This document shows positions 21,761 to 49,263 of a stretch of DNA of 64,000 nucleotides, one piece after another. A program made the position numbers and the translations under genes. Location of the stretch: NCBI RefSeq assembly GCF_009914755.1, contig NC_060944.1. One strand, 5' to 3'. Numbering within the stretch: the first letter of the stretch is position 1; each line of letters starts with the position of its first letter. The notes beneath the pieces are model-generated. The model had not been told where the DNA came from, made no database searches, and worked only from the letters and a program-made list of their open reading frames with translations. This DNA comes from the human T2T-CHM13v2.0 reference genome, Homo sapiens.

Positions 21761-22660
21761 TGTTAGACATGAAGGGCTTTTTTGTCCTCCTAGAGTTCTG
21801 GAGCATCCCAGAAAAGGCAAAACTAGGGAGCAGAGGAAAGAGAACATTTTTTAAAAAACAAAAATGTTGCCTGGGCACGGTGGCTCACGCCTGTAATCCC
21901 AGCACTTTGGGAGGCTGAGGTGTGAGGATCATCTGAAGTCAGGAGTTTGAGACCAGCCTGGCCAACATGGTGAAACCCCGTTTCTACTAAAAGTACAAAA
22001 AAATTAGCTGGGTGTGGTGGCGTATGCCTGTAGTCCCAGCTACTTGGGAGGCTGAAGCAGGAGAATAGCTTGAACCCGGGGGGCAGAGGTTGCAGTGAGA
22101 TTGTGCCACTGCACTCCAGCCTGGGCGATAGAGCGAGAGAGACTCTGTCTCAAAAAAAAAAAAAAAAAAATCAAAACCCCAAACATACCCAAGGACCCTC
22201 CTCCTGGTTATTCACACCTGTGATTAACGAGGTCACACCTTGACTGTCCCTTGGGTCAGACAGAACTTCGCTGACCCGGGTTCATGCTCATCATCCCTCA
22301 CAGGCAGGAGGGTGTTCATCCCCTCACTCACCTGTTTCCAGTCTCTGGCCCCCACCCCTGGGGTCCTCAGCTGCCAATCCACATACATCCAAGCCCCTGT
22401 TTAAGCTTTTAATTGCTCCCACTGACTTCAAAATGAAGCAATATTCCACCGTCTTAGCTTGGGTTTACGTAAAAGTAGATTTCAGGTATGGATAGTTTCT
22501 TTGGAAAGGACTCCAAGTAGTGGAGAAGTGAGAAACGGCGCAGGGCGGAAAGCCAAGGAAAGGTGCATTGAAGTGCAGATGATCACTGCGGGCACCAGGC
22601 TCAGTCCTGCAGGGATCCTCTGCAGAGCTGGGTAAAAGATGCTTCAGAATTATCCGGTGA

Positions 22661-23236
<576 letters not shown>

Positions 23237-23786
23237 TAAGACAGAGTCTCACTCTGTTGCCCAGGCTGAAGTACAGTGGCACAGTCATGACTCACTACAA
23301 CCTCCGCCTCCTGTGCTCAAGTGATCCTCCCACCTCAGCCTCCAGAGTAGCTGGGAGTACAGGCATGCACCACCAGACCTGGCTATTTTTAAAATTTTTT
23401 TGTAGAGACAAGAGATGGAGTCTCACCGTTATCCAGGCTGGTCTCAAATTCCTGGGCTCAAGCAATCTGCCCACCTTAGCCTCCCAAAGTGCTGGGATTA
23501 CAGGTGTGAGTCACTGCTCTCAGCCTCAGGCTCCTCTTTCTTGCTTCACCATCCATTATCAAGGTCGTTCTCTTCAAGTTTGCAAGGCACACTGCAGTTC
23601 CACATCCAGGTCCCAGGCAGGTGGAAAGGTAAAAGAATGTCTTGCAGCTGATATTGCAGCTGTTCCCGTTTTAAGGCGTTTTCTCCAACAACTTCCACCT
23701 GTGTTCCATTGGTCAGAACCTAGCCACATGACCATACCTAGTTAGAAGGCATGCTGGAAAACGTAGCTTTTCTATTAATGGCTGTG

Positions 23787-24163
23787 CGTATTAGTCTGTT
23801 CTCACACTGCTATGAAGAAATATCCGAGATTAGGTAATTTATAAAGAAAAGAAGTTTAATTGACTCACAGTTCTGCATTGCCAGGGAGGCCTCAGGAAAC
23901 TTACAATCATGGTGGAAGGCAAAGGAGAAGCAGGCACCTTCTTCACAGCGCACCAGGACAGAGTGAGTGCAAGCAGGGGAAATGCCAGATGCTTATAAAA
24001 CCATCAGATCTCATGAGAGTCACTCACTATCACAAGAACAGCTTGGGGGAAACCACCCCATGATCCAATTACCTCCACCTAGTACCTCCTTTGATACATG
24101 GGAATTACAGGGATTACAATTCAAAGTGAGATTCGGGTGGGGACACAGAGCCAAATCATATCA
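23787..24163 (-). mobile_element. THE1D/MSTA-type MaLR solo LTR
   Basis: cgtattagtctgttctcacactgctatgaagaaat...gggacacagagccaaatcatatca. Its ATTAAA lies at 23855-23860 on the minus strand. Confidence 0.9.
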
Positions 24164-24647
24164 CCATGTTAGGCCAAGATTATCCAGCGGTTTTATTACT
24201 CATCCAGCTAAGGTTCAGTGGTTCTATTACTAAAGAAAAAGGGGAGAATGGATGTAGTACTGGGCATCCAGCCATCTGTACCACCCTGCAGTCCCTTTGT
24301 GAGAATATGAGCATCCCAGTCTCTTCAGCATCGCTCTCAGTACCAAGGATGGTATGAAGGGGACAGGAATCCTCCTACCCTCAGGAACAGAGGTGGGGCC
24401 ATGGGGAGTGGTCTGCGCCATTCTCACCATTCACAAGAGGAGTTGCATAGGGGGTAGAGGGCAGCTGGAATTCCTTTGGCCTGCTCCTCTAGGCATATGG
24501 AACATTCCCTCCACATATCCTGCTCTTAGTAGGAGAAGCTCTCTGCTGCATTTTACAATCAGTCATTTTCATGCTGACGTACTTATTCCTAGGACATTTT
24601 CAGTTTAGCCCTTTTAAGATGCTTATCTCAAATTAGAGGCACCAACC

Positions 24648-24809
24648 TCAGTCAGGTGATGACACCTGTGTTCCTCTTCCTTCTGGAAGCCTTGAGCTGA
24701 GTCCTCCTTCGGGACTCCTCCCACTGATGCCTCCCATCATGTACCCACGGGATGCTGGTAGATGTTTGTGGTCAGCTTTCTTTTGTTCCCGTGAGGTGGA
24801 TTCGAGACT
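24648..24809 (-). CDS. TMEM230: Candidate distal alternative last exon of TMEM230 (53 aa plus TGA)
   Basis: Acceptor gtttctttctcag|AGT. In phase 0 it is open for 53 codons (SLESTSREQKK...QVSSPD*). AATAAA lies at 24192-24197 on the minus strand. Confidence 0.5.
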   Translation of the reverse strand, partial: SLESTSREQKKADHKHLPASRGYMMGGISGRSPEGGLSSRLPEGRGTQVSSPD

Positions 24810-25029
24810 CTGAGAAAGAAACACCCCTTCTCAATTCCACCACAAGTTCTGCCTCTTCAACCCTCAAAAAATCCTAATTGTCAAGAAATCACATCTTATG
24901 CATTTTGGTGCTCCACAACACTTCCTGAAGGCCTGTGTGAGGCAGGAGCTCAAGATCTACTTGTTCACTGCATGGTTGTTTGTGATCTGTCACTCAGTGA
25001 GTGACCAAGGGAAACTACCTCTGAAGAGA

Positions 25030-25937
<908 letters not shown>

Positions 25938-26937
25938 GAGTGACTAAGCCAGGAAGAGAACCTGGAAGAAGTTGTCTTGATCACCGAGGAGTCTTACTGG
26001 TGAGAAAGCACTGCCCAGCTGACCTACTCTGCCATATTCCTGATCCAGATGCGCAAAGGGCTGTGGTAGGTGACAGGTGGCCTCCTTTCACCACAATGGT
26101 TCCACTAATTCAAGTGTAAGTGAAAGCAGTATTTAATTATTGAGAGGGTGAAGACCTAACAAATATTTGCATAAAAGAATTTTTGTTTACCCTTTGCAAA
26201 TAACCTGGCAGATTTTGCTTGTTGGTTGGTTCTTTATTTTGCTTTTGAGACAAGATCTCACTGTTGCTCAGGCTGGAGTACAGCGGTGCGATTAAGGCTC
26301 ACTATAGCCTTGACCTGTTGCACTCAAGCGATCCTCTCACCTCAGCCTCCCAAATAGCACAGCACCACTCCTGATTAACTTTTTTTTTGGTTGCTCTGAA
26401 ACAAATGTGGCACAATAAAAGAAATTGGCTTCCCAGAAGATGTATAGAATCTTCTGTTTACTTGTTCATTTTTCCTTATTTTCTAGGAGTGAACAATGCC
26501 CCATTTCCAGGTGAATGGCAATGGAGTAGTTGTCCGAGGGTACTCAATACTCAAGAGTCAGCTGATCATGTCCTTAGATGCACCAGAAATGATGGTAAAG
26601 CTTGGGAGTGCGGATACCTTTGATTCTAATTATTAGCGAATGCCTCAGCTCAGCATCACTGGGCTATATGGGGCCTAAAGCAGGGCAGAGCCAATCAAGA
26701 ACACTCAAAGACAGACAGATGCAGAACTGGGAATGGACGTGTAGGGACGGGAAGCTGGAGAAAGATGGGAGCATGAATATGCATGTAAGGGTACATAGAT
26801 TTGGCCGGGCATGGTGGCTCACACCTGTAATCCCAGCACTTTGGGAGGCCGAGGCAGGCAGATCACCTCAGGTCAGGAATTCGAGACCAGCCTGGCCAAC
26901 AAGGAGACACCCCGTCTCTACTAAAAATACAAAATTA

Positions 26938-27160
<223 letters not shown>

Positions 27161-27828
27161 TTAATATGTGCATTTAGAGAAAGATATACAGGACGTAGAA
27201 AAATGTCTTCTTTTATTTTTTGAGACAGTCTCACTCTGTCACCCAGGCTGGAGTGTAGTGGTGTGATCTCAGCTCACTGCAACTTCTGCCTCCTGGGTTC
27301 AAGTGATTCTCATGCCTCAGCCTCCAAGTAGCTGCGATTACAGGTGTGTGCCACCACGCTGCCACCACACCCAGCTAATTTTTGTATTTTTAGTAGAGAT
27401 GGGGTTTCACCATGTTGGTCAAGCTGGTCTTGAATGCCTGGCCTCAAGTGATCCACCTGCCTCAGCCTCCCAAAGTGCTGAGATTACAGGTGTGAGCCAC
27501 TGCGCCCAGCCTTTTTTGAGTTTTTGTTGAAGATAGGGTCTCACTCTGTCGCCCAGGCTGGAGTGCAGTGGCACCATCATGGCTCACTGCAACCTTGACC
27601 TCCTAGGTTCAGGTGATCCTCCCACCTCAGCCGGCTGAGTAGCCAGGACTATAGGCATGCACCACCATGCCTGGCTGATTTTTGTATTTTTTTGTAGAAA
27701 TGGGGCCTCACTGTGTGGTCCAGGCTAGTGTTGAACTCCTGGCCTCAAGCGATCTTCCCACCTCAGCCTCCACAGTAGCTGGGATTACAAACAAGCATGA
27801 GCCTCCATACTCAGCCCCTTTCGAATCA

Positions 27829-28800
<972 letters not shown>

Positions 28801-29177
28801 AGGGAGCCCTAGTTGAAGCAGCCTGGAGGTTCTGCATTTTTCCTGCCCTGGGGCTTGGCTTTGGTGGCTCACACTGAGGGAACTTCACTGTGTATCCTGG
28901 CTTGGTGCCACTGGCTGGGACTCCAGGGTGTGGTCAGAGCTGCTGGAGGGCAGGACCAGAGCCAGGGCCTGGCTGAGGCCTGGCACCAGGGACTGTACAG
29001 GCGAGGCTGCCTGGGCCCTGGATGAAGAGCAGTGATGTGAGGTGCCAGCTCAGACGCCAGAGATAGGAAAGCCCAAAGGCTAGCCTAAGGCTTGGGTAGT
29101 GGGAGTTGATGCAACAAAGTGGGGGAGACTGAACAACGGCTTCCTCTCTCTTCCTTTCACTCTTAGACTGTCCTCCT

Positions 29178-30270
<1,093 letters not shown>

Positions 30271-30517
30271 TTAAAAAAATTTTTATTTTTATTACTTTTT
30301 AAAATAAAGACAGGCCTTGCTATGCTGCCCAGGTTTGTTTTGAACTCCTGGCCTCAAGCGATTCTTCCGCCTTGGCCTCCCAAAGTGCTGGGATTATAGG
30401 CATAAACCACCACACCTAGCCATAAATTTAATGTTATATGTTTTTTTACCACAATAAAAAAGGCATACAGAATGTAGGTATATACATTTATCTAAGTGCA
30501 TCAACCTGTATAGTTAA

Positions 30518-30851
<334 letters not shown>

Positions 30852-31006
30852 TAGTACTCCAGTAAAGCTGATTTAAAAGAATAAAATAAAACTAAAAAGA
30901 GGCCAGGCGCGGTGGCTCATGCCTATAATCCCAGCACTTTGGGAGGCTGAGGGTGGATGGATCACCTGAAGTCAGGAGTTTGAGACCAGCCTGGCCAACA
31001 TGGTTA

Positions 31007-31225
<219 letters not shown>

Positions 31226-31398
31226 CTATAGGGGCCCAACCTCATGACATCCTATGAAATCATGTTTTGCAATTGCTGTCAAGGTTTCTAACAATGAGAC
31301 CAGGTTTAGTGGCTTACACTTGGAGGCCGAGGCAGGCAGATCACTTGAGTCCAGGAGTTTGAGACCAGCCTGGGCCACATAGCAAAACACTGTCTCTA

Positions 31399-31593
<195 letters not shown>

Positions 31594-31779
31594 TCAAGCA
31601 CCCAAGTCCTTCACTGGACAGGAAGTGTCCTAAGGGTACTTTCTATGGTCTGGTTGTTATTGTGCCCCAGAGGATGATGTGATGCAGTGACTTGAGAGGC
31701 AAGCATTAAATATTGTTGGCTGGGCATGGTAGCTCACGCCTGTAATCCAGCACTTTGGGAGGCCAAGGCAGGCGGATCA

Positions 31780-32045
<266 letters not shown>

Positions 32046-32074
32046 TCACCAATTTGTATTTGTCTGTTATGTAA

Positions 32075-32449
<375 letters not shown>

Positions 32450-32457
32450 TAAATTCA

Positions 32458-32616
<159 letters not shown>

Positions 32617-32847
32617 TTAGCTGAACATGGTGGCATGTGCCTGTAGTCCCAGCTACTCGGGAAACTGAGGTGGGAGGGTCATTTGAGCTCAGGAAAGTAG
32701 AGGCTGCAGTGAGCTGAGATTGTGCCACTGCACTCCAGCCTAGGCAACAGAGCAAGACCCTGTCTCAAAAACAAAACAAAACAAAACAAAAACCAAACAT
32801 TTACTGAGTCCCAGCTATCTGACAGGCTATCCTAAATGTTGAGGTTA

Positions 32848-33288
<441 letters not shown>

Positions 33289-33614
33289 CTAAAAAAAAAA
33301 AAATCTGTGCCCTTGTGGATTCCATCTTACTAGGGGAAATACTTGTAAGTAAGATAAATTTGTGAAATATATACTATGATGGTAGTGAGTATTAAGGAGA
33401 AAAATGAATCAGGATCAGAGATAAGTAGCATGGGGCCTGGGGGCTTAGCTTCACTGAGGTGATATTTGTATCAACACTTCATGAATGACACACAGACATC
33501 AACCTCACTGCCCCATGGAAGTATAATCTGAGGCAGAGCAGTAGAAACTGGCTCAGGAGAAAAGGGAGGATGCAGACATGTCAATTAGACACAGCCAAAG
33601 ATGTTTCATGATTT

Positions 33615-33788
33615 CCTGGGTGTGTGACCTGTGTAGACGCCCAGGGACCCATGCTTAGAGGGACTCTGTGCTTGATTTAATGCTCTGCTGTCACCCTCTT
33701 GAAGTTTTTAATCAGTTTTTAAACAAGGGACTGCGCATTTTCATTTGGCACTGGGCCCCACAAGTTACAAGTTATGTAGCCGGTCCTT
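33615..33788. mobile_element. MER91A (hAT-Tip100)
   Basis: tttaatgctctgctgtcacc...gcattttcatttggcactgggccccacaa...gtagccggtcct. Confidence 0.75.
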
Positions 33789-33932
33789 CACTCTGTTGAA
33801 TAAACAATGGCTTCTCCCTATCACCCTCTTTGGAAGCACAGATACTCCCAGCAAATGCTAATCATTCATGTTTCTAATTTCCTGGGGTGACTTGTTTTTC
33901 CTCTAACAGGTGTGAAGTATGAGATAGAGACT

Positions 33933-34220
33933 GTATCATCCAGGGTAGGCTGGGATATGCTGCATGACAGAAACCCCCAAATCTAGTGGCTTAACACAAC
34001 AAAGGTGTACTTCACTCTCGCACTTTGTGTTCATTATGGGTCAACGCGGGGCTCTGTTGTGCATCACGATCACTCTAGGACTGTGGCAGAGGGAAAGTGA
34101 AACTGGCGGTTAGAGCCGCTACTCAGAAATGACACATATTGCTTGAACTCACATTTCCTCGCCAAGGCAAGTCATGTGGCGACGCCCTCCTTTAAGAGAT
34201 GAGGAAGTTCAATCCAAACA
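33933..34220 (-). mobile_element. MLT1K/L-like LTR fragment (similar pieces near 5290-5520 and 23560-23780)
   Basis: ccccaaatctagtggcttaacacaacaaagg...gccaaggcaagtcatgtggc. Confidence 0.6.
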
Positions 34221-34266
34221 TGAGCCCACAGAACTGGGCCACTTGTCTTTTGGTGTGTTTTTTTGA

Positions 34267-34422
<156 letters not shown>

Positions 34423-35122
34423 TAATTAGTTATTCCAACACTATTTATTAAACAAGCTATCCTTTCTCTGGTGATTTTAATTGCCCATTTATCACATACA
34501 AAATTTTGCTGATATTTGTGACTCTTTTTGCATAGTGTTTCTGTTCCATTGATTTTTCTTTCAATGCCTATGCAGAATCACCCTGTTTTAATTTCTGTAG
34601 GTTTATAATGCCATTTTATTTTATTGTTTTAGAGACAGGGTCTTGCCATGTTGCCCAGGCTGGCCTTGATCTCCTGGGTTCAAGGAATCCTCCTGCCTCA
34701 GCCTTCTGAGTAGCGGGACTACAGGCACAAGACAGCATGCCTGATTTGTAATGTCATTTAATATCAAAGAGGTTAAGTATTCTCAAGTTTCCCCTTTGAC
34801 TTTTCCTTGGCTATTATATTAATCTTTTATTTCTAGATAGATTTCAGAACCACTTTGTTGAATTCCCCCACTCCTTCTATGTGATTTTGATTAGAATGGA
34901 ATTGCATTTGTAGATGAATTTGCATTTCTTTATAATATTGAGACTTTAGGTTTTTGTTTTGTTTTTAGAGACAGCTTGCTCTGTCACCGAGGCTGGAGTG
35001 CAATGGCACAATCATAGATCACTACAGCCTCCAACTCCTGAGCTCAAGTCATCTTCCCACCTCAGCTGGGACTACAGGTGCATGCCACTGCACCCAGCTT
35101 TTACTAGTGTAATGAAATAATC

Positions 35123-37895
<2,773 letters not shown>

Positions 37896-38219
37896 GACAG
37901 AGTCTTGCTCTGTTGCCCAGGCTGGAATGCAGTGGCACGATCTAGGCTCACTGCAACCTCAACCTCCTGGGCTCAAGCAATCCTCCCTATCTCAGCCTCC
38001 TGAGTAGCTGGGATTACAGGTGCCCACCACCACACCCAGCTAATTTTTGTACCATTAGTAGAGACAGGGTTTCACCATGTTGGCCAGGATGGTCTCAAAC
38101 TCCTGACTCTCAAGTGATCCGCTCACCTTGGCCTCCCAAAATGCTGGGATTACAGACTTGAGCCACCATGCCCAGCCTTAAGGAAACCCTTATTTCTTGC
38201 AAGGCTATCTGTATATTGA

Positions 38220-38676
<457 letters not shown>

Positions 38677-38718
38677 TGATGATGTTAGGGCCCATCTTTT
38701 TGAAGTTGGTTAGGGAGA

Positions 38719-38828
38719 TTTTTTTTTTTTTTTTTTTTTTAGGAGCAGAGGTTTAATAGAAGAAAGAGAAAGAAAAACAGTTCTCTCTCTCTATTGAGAG
38801 AGTGGGGACCTCTGAGAGGAAAGACCCA
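38719..38828 (-). mobile_element. Retroposed, polyadenylated 3' end of an LTR-like transcript
   Basis: ATTAAA, 11 nt, then A22. TSD tagggag(a)tttt at 38711 and 38831. TTTT/AA endonuclease site. Confidence 0.75.
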
Positions 38829-39291
38829 GCTAGGGAGTTTTAATATGCCTTTTTATTAAATCAGGAATAGCTGTCGAATTTTGTCTGATGGTTTTTTGGC
38901 TTCTATCAAGAAGAGAGTCATATGATTTTTCTCCTTCAACCTATTAGGGCACTCAAGTACACACAGATTTCCTTAATATACCTTTGACTTTGCCCATTTG
39001 TTTTAACCCACAGCTTGGTTTTATCTTATTATAATTTATTTACAATCTTAAAATCAATATTTATAAATGAAGTTGGCATGTACATTTCTTAACACATTCG
39101 TTTGGATGGGCTTTGATATAAGCATTCTACTAGGCTTGTTAAATGGACAGTGTTGCTTCTAAACTTTTCTCTTGCTTTAGATTCTAGAATGCCAAATTAC
39201 CTACAGTCTTTCTTCAATGTTTAGTAGAAAATTTCCATAATATTGTTCAACTAGGTCTGAAAATTTGGAGGCATAAGATCTTTTTCTCTCT

Positions 39292-40321
<1,030 letters not shown>

Positions 40322-40738
40322 CAACATAACATCTCTGGTGACTCTTTTCCCATCCTCCAGAGTTAGCTGGTTTATTCCAATTTTCTATTTCTTCCTGAGT
40401 CAATTTTAGTAATTTATATTTTATTTTTAAAATAGTCCATTTCATTTATTTTTAAAAAGTCCACTTCATTTCCATTTTTTAACTCACACACAAGGTTGTA
40501 CCTAATATCCTGTTACCTGAAAGTTTATCCCTGAATCCAGAATTTCATCTGAAGGCTGTATTCTTGGACTCCAGATTGCCACCTACAACATCCTCTCTGA
40601 TCTCACCGTAGGTACAAACCTTCTTTTTGTACAAGTTTCTCCTGTTGCAGGTAGCAACTCTCCTCCAATTCTCCTGTTCCATTTTTTTTTTCATGCTCCT
40701 GAATCTTTTTTTGTTTTTCTTTTTTTCTTTTTTTTTGA

Positions 40739-40846
<108 letters not shown>

Positions 40847-41041
40847 TAGCTGGAATTACAGGCATGCGCCACCATGCCCTGCTAATTTTTGTATGTTTAG
40901 TAGAGACAGGGTTTCACCATGGTGGCCAGGCTGGTCTCAAACTTCTCACCTCAAGTGACCTGCTCGCCTCGGCCTCCCAAAGTGCTGAGATTACAGTGAG
41001 CCACTGCGCCTGGCTTCCTGAATCTTTTCATGAGCCAAGTT

Positions 41042-43230
<2,189 letters not shown>

Positions 43231-43426
43231 CATTCGGTGGAGTAGCTGGGATTACAGGCGTGTACCACCACGCCTGGCTAATTTTTATATTTGTAGTAGA
43301 GATGGGGTTTCAACATGTTGGCCAGGTGAGTCTCAAACTCCTGGCCTCAAGTGATCTGCCCGCGGTGGCCTCCCAAAGTGCTGGGATTACGGGCATGAGC
43401 CACCACACCCAGCCAGGATATACCTA

Positions 43427-43863
<437 letters not shown>

Positions 43864-44124
43864 TCAGCTAGGTCAGCAGAAGGGTGGGCAATGGGGAAGC
43901 AATCAGGTGGGTTTTTTAATCCTCCTGCCTCAGCCTCCCAAAGTGCTGGGATTATAGGCATGAGCCTACTGCACTCACCTGGCTAGAGTGCGGTAGCATG
44001 ATCACAGCTGACTGCAGTCTCCACCTCCTGGGCTCAAGGATCCTCCCATCTTAGCTCCCTGAGTATCTGGGACCACTGGCACATGCCACCATGCCTGGCT
44101 TAATTAAAAAAATTTTTTTTGTAG

Positions 44125-44301
<177 letters not shown>

Positions 44302-44579
44302 TGATACTGTTAAATGACATCAAGTTCATCTGAGTGTGGGTGGGAACTTAGTATAATAGATTTTAAAGGGATCACTCTGACTGCTGTGCTGATAAGTGAC
44401 TATTTTATGTTGATAATATACTGAGATAAAAATGTTATGGTCACGAAATAAAAACTGATTGCTGTAAAATGTGAAAAAGGGTCCTTGGACACTAAAACCA
44501 TGATAGCAAGTAACAGAGCTGGGTGCGGTGGCTCACGCCTGTAATCCCAGCACTTTGCAGGGCCGAGGCAGGCAGATCA

Positions 44580-45186
<607 letters not shown>

Positions 45187-45276
45187 TCATGCCTGTAATC
45201 CAGCACTTTGGGAGGACGAGACCTGAGGTCAGGAGTTCGAGACCAGCCTGGCCAACAGGGCAAAACCCCATCTCTA

Positions 45277-45567
<291 letters not shown>

Positions 45568-46421
45568 CTAATGAAAAAATTCCAGAAATAGGAAACCAAG
45601 GTATGAGTGAAATAAATTATCAAATAAATTAATTTCAGAAAATTCCCTAACACTAAAGGACATGAGTTTCCAGACTGAAAGGGCCAAGAGCACCTGGCAC
45701 AATGGGTAATGGGTGCTGAATAGAAATAGGCCAACAGCAGGACATGCATTGTGAAATTTCAGAACACTGAAGACAATTCTACAAGCATCGAGAGAGAAAA
45801 ATGACAACAAAGGAGGAACCAAGAATCAGAAGTCACGCAGGAAGCCAGAAGGCACTACAGTCACTTCCTCCCCTCAGAGGGACAATGGGCAGGAAGAGGA
45901 CAGGGCAGCAGCCTCCTTTATGGAGAGAGTTCTTTCAGATGAAACGGATGGGAGACTAGGGGATATATACAAATGGGGTCAGTTTGGGCTTAACTAGAGA
46001 CAGATACATAGAAAATCATGCAAATAAACATGATTATTAACTCCAATGAGAAACTAAAAGTTGTGTCAGAAGGAAAAGAAGTCATACTAAGTGTTCTGGT
46101 TCAGCTATGAATAGCGTTTGTGTATCCTTAGCAATATCAATATTAATATTGATCCAACCAAATGACACAATTATATGGACAAATGGAGGGACTGAAAGCA
46201 CGTGTCTGCGATGAAGGATGACCAAAGAGCAGCCCAATCTGCACCACTAGATATAGTCAATTGATAAGGCCTAATACTGAACAATTGTGAAATGGTAATA
46301 AAAATATTTCACATGGAGATGAAAGTTAATACTAAAATATTCATCTGGAAGAACTGAAGGTGGTTGTCTCTTGGAGAGAAAGGAAAGAGGGGTTGCCAAG
46401 AACTACTGATTTTCATGATAA

Positions 46422-46658
<237 letters not shown>

Positions 46659-48164
46659 TGAGATGGAGCTTCGCCCTTGTTGCCCAGGCTGGAGTGCAAT
46701 GGGCTCACGGCAACCTCCGCCTCCCGGGTTCAAGTGATTCTCCTGCCTTGGCCTTCCAAGTAGCTGGGATTACAGGTATGCATCACTACACCTGGCTAAT
46801 TTTTGTATTTTTAGTAGAGATGGGGTTTCACCACGTTGGTCAGACTGGTCTTGAACTCCTGACCTCAGGTGATCCACCCACCTCGGCCTCCAAAAGTGCT
46901 GGGATTACAGGTGTGAGCCACCGCACCCAGCTGGTATTGCTATTTTTGTTGTTTTTTTTCTCCCAAATATCTTTGATCTGCAGTTGGTTGAATCTACAGA
47001 TGTGGAACCCAAGGATATGATGGGCTGACTGTACTCATTTATTAATATTACTTATTATATTTGTTCAGTTATTTCAAATATGGATCTATTTCTACATAAG
47101 TATATTGCAAACTTCTGGAGGATGGGCATGGTGGACGATTCCTTTTTGATACCTACCTACCAAAGCTATGTCCGTAGTAGATGCCCCCAAAATAATTCAT
47201 GGATAAACATAAAGGTCAAATTCAAGGTGACTTGATATGCAAAGTTAAGTCAAAGTCTGGAGATAAAAACCAAGGTTAGATTAAAGCTGACACTGTAAAT
47301 AGTTAAGACATTTGGAGAACCTAAGTACATCAAGACAGAGCTGCATTCAAAGTTCTGTGGTCTACTTTTTTGGTTAATGTTTATTTGTTTTAATGAAGAG
47401 ATACTTTTGTTCCCAAAGTACTCTCAAGTTTCAAGTTTTGGTGACCTGGGACTTGGTATATAAACGTGAGCTTACTCTGCCAACACCCTATGTGACTTTC
47501 TAGACTTTGTGCCTGCCTCCTTTGTTTTCCTAGATTGCAAAGTCGTAATCTCCACACACTGAGATACTGAACTTCTTTTATTGCTGGTCTGATACGATTG
47601 ACAAGAGAGAGATTAGTTTCTTGCCCCTTGCTGGAGGTGGGGAGATGAAAACACCAGGGAGAAAAATATAGTGGAAGATCATCTTGAGTCGATGTTCAGA
47701 ATGAGGAGTCCTCGATCCTGGGCCAGCATCAGTCCATGGCGCTTTTGGTCTCACTGTGGTTTCACTCCCCATTAAATGGGGAAAATACTTGGCATTTTCT
47801 GACATTCCGGGTTCTACATATGCATATCAGTAAATGTAATACACACGTTAAGAGAAAGGCAGGCCAGGCACGGTGGCTCACGCCTGTAATCCCTGCACTT
47901 TGGGAGGCCGACGCAGGCAGATCACCTGAGGTCGGGAGTTCATGACCAGCCTGACCAACATGGAGAAACCCTGTCTCTATTAAAAATACAAAATTAGCCC
48001 AGGTGGTGGCACATGCCTGTAATCCCAGCTACTTGGGAGGTTGAGGCAGGAGAATCGCTTGAACCCGGAGGCAGAGGTTGCAGTGAGCTGAGATCGCACC
48101 ATTGTACTCCAGCCTGGGCAACAAGAGCAAAACTCCGTCTCAAAAAAAAAAAAAAAAAGAGAGA

Positions 48165-48961
<797 letters not shown>

Positions 48962-48964
48962 TGA

Positions 48965-49263
<299 letters not shown>

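Noticed and set aside
47621-47640. Second CTCF-like motif (CCAGCAAGGGGCAA), and another near 52731
   Set aside because: Mismatches at core positions, expected by chance.
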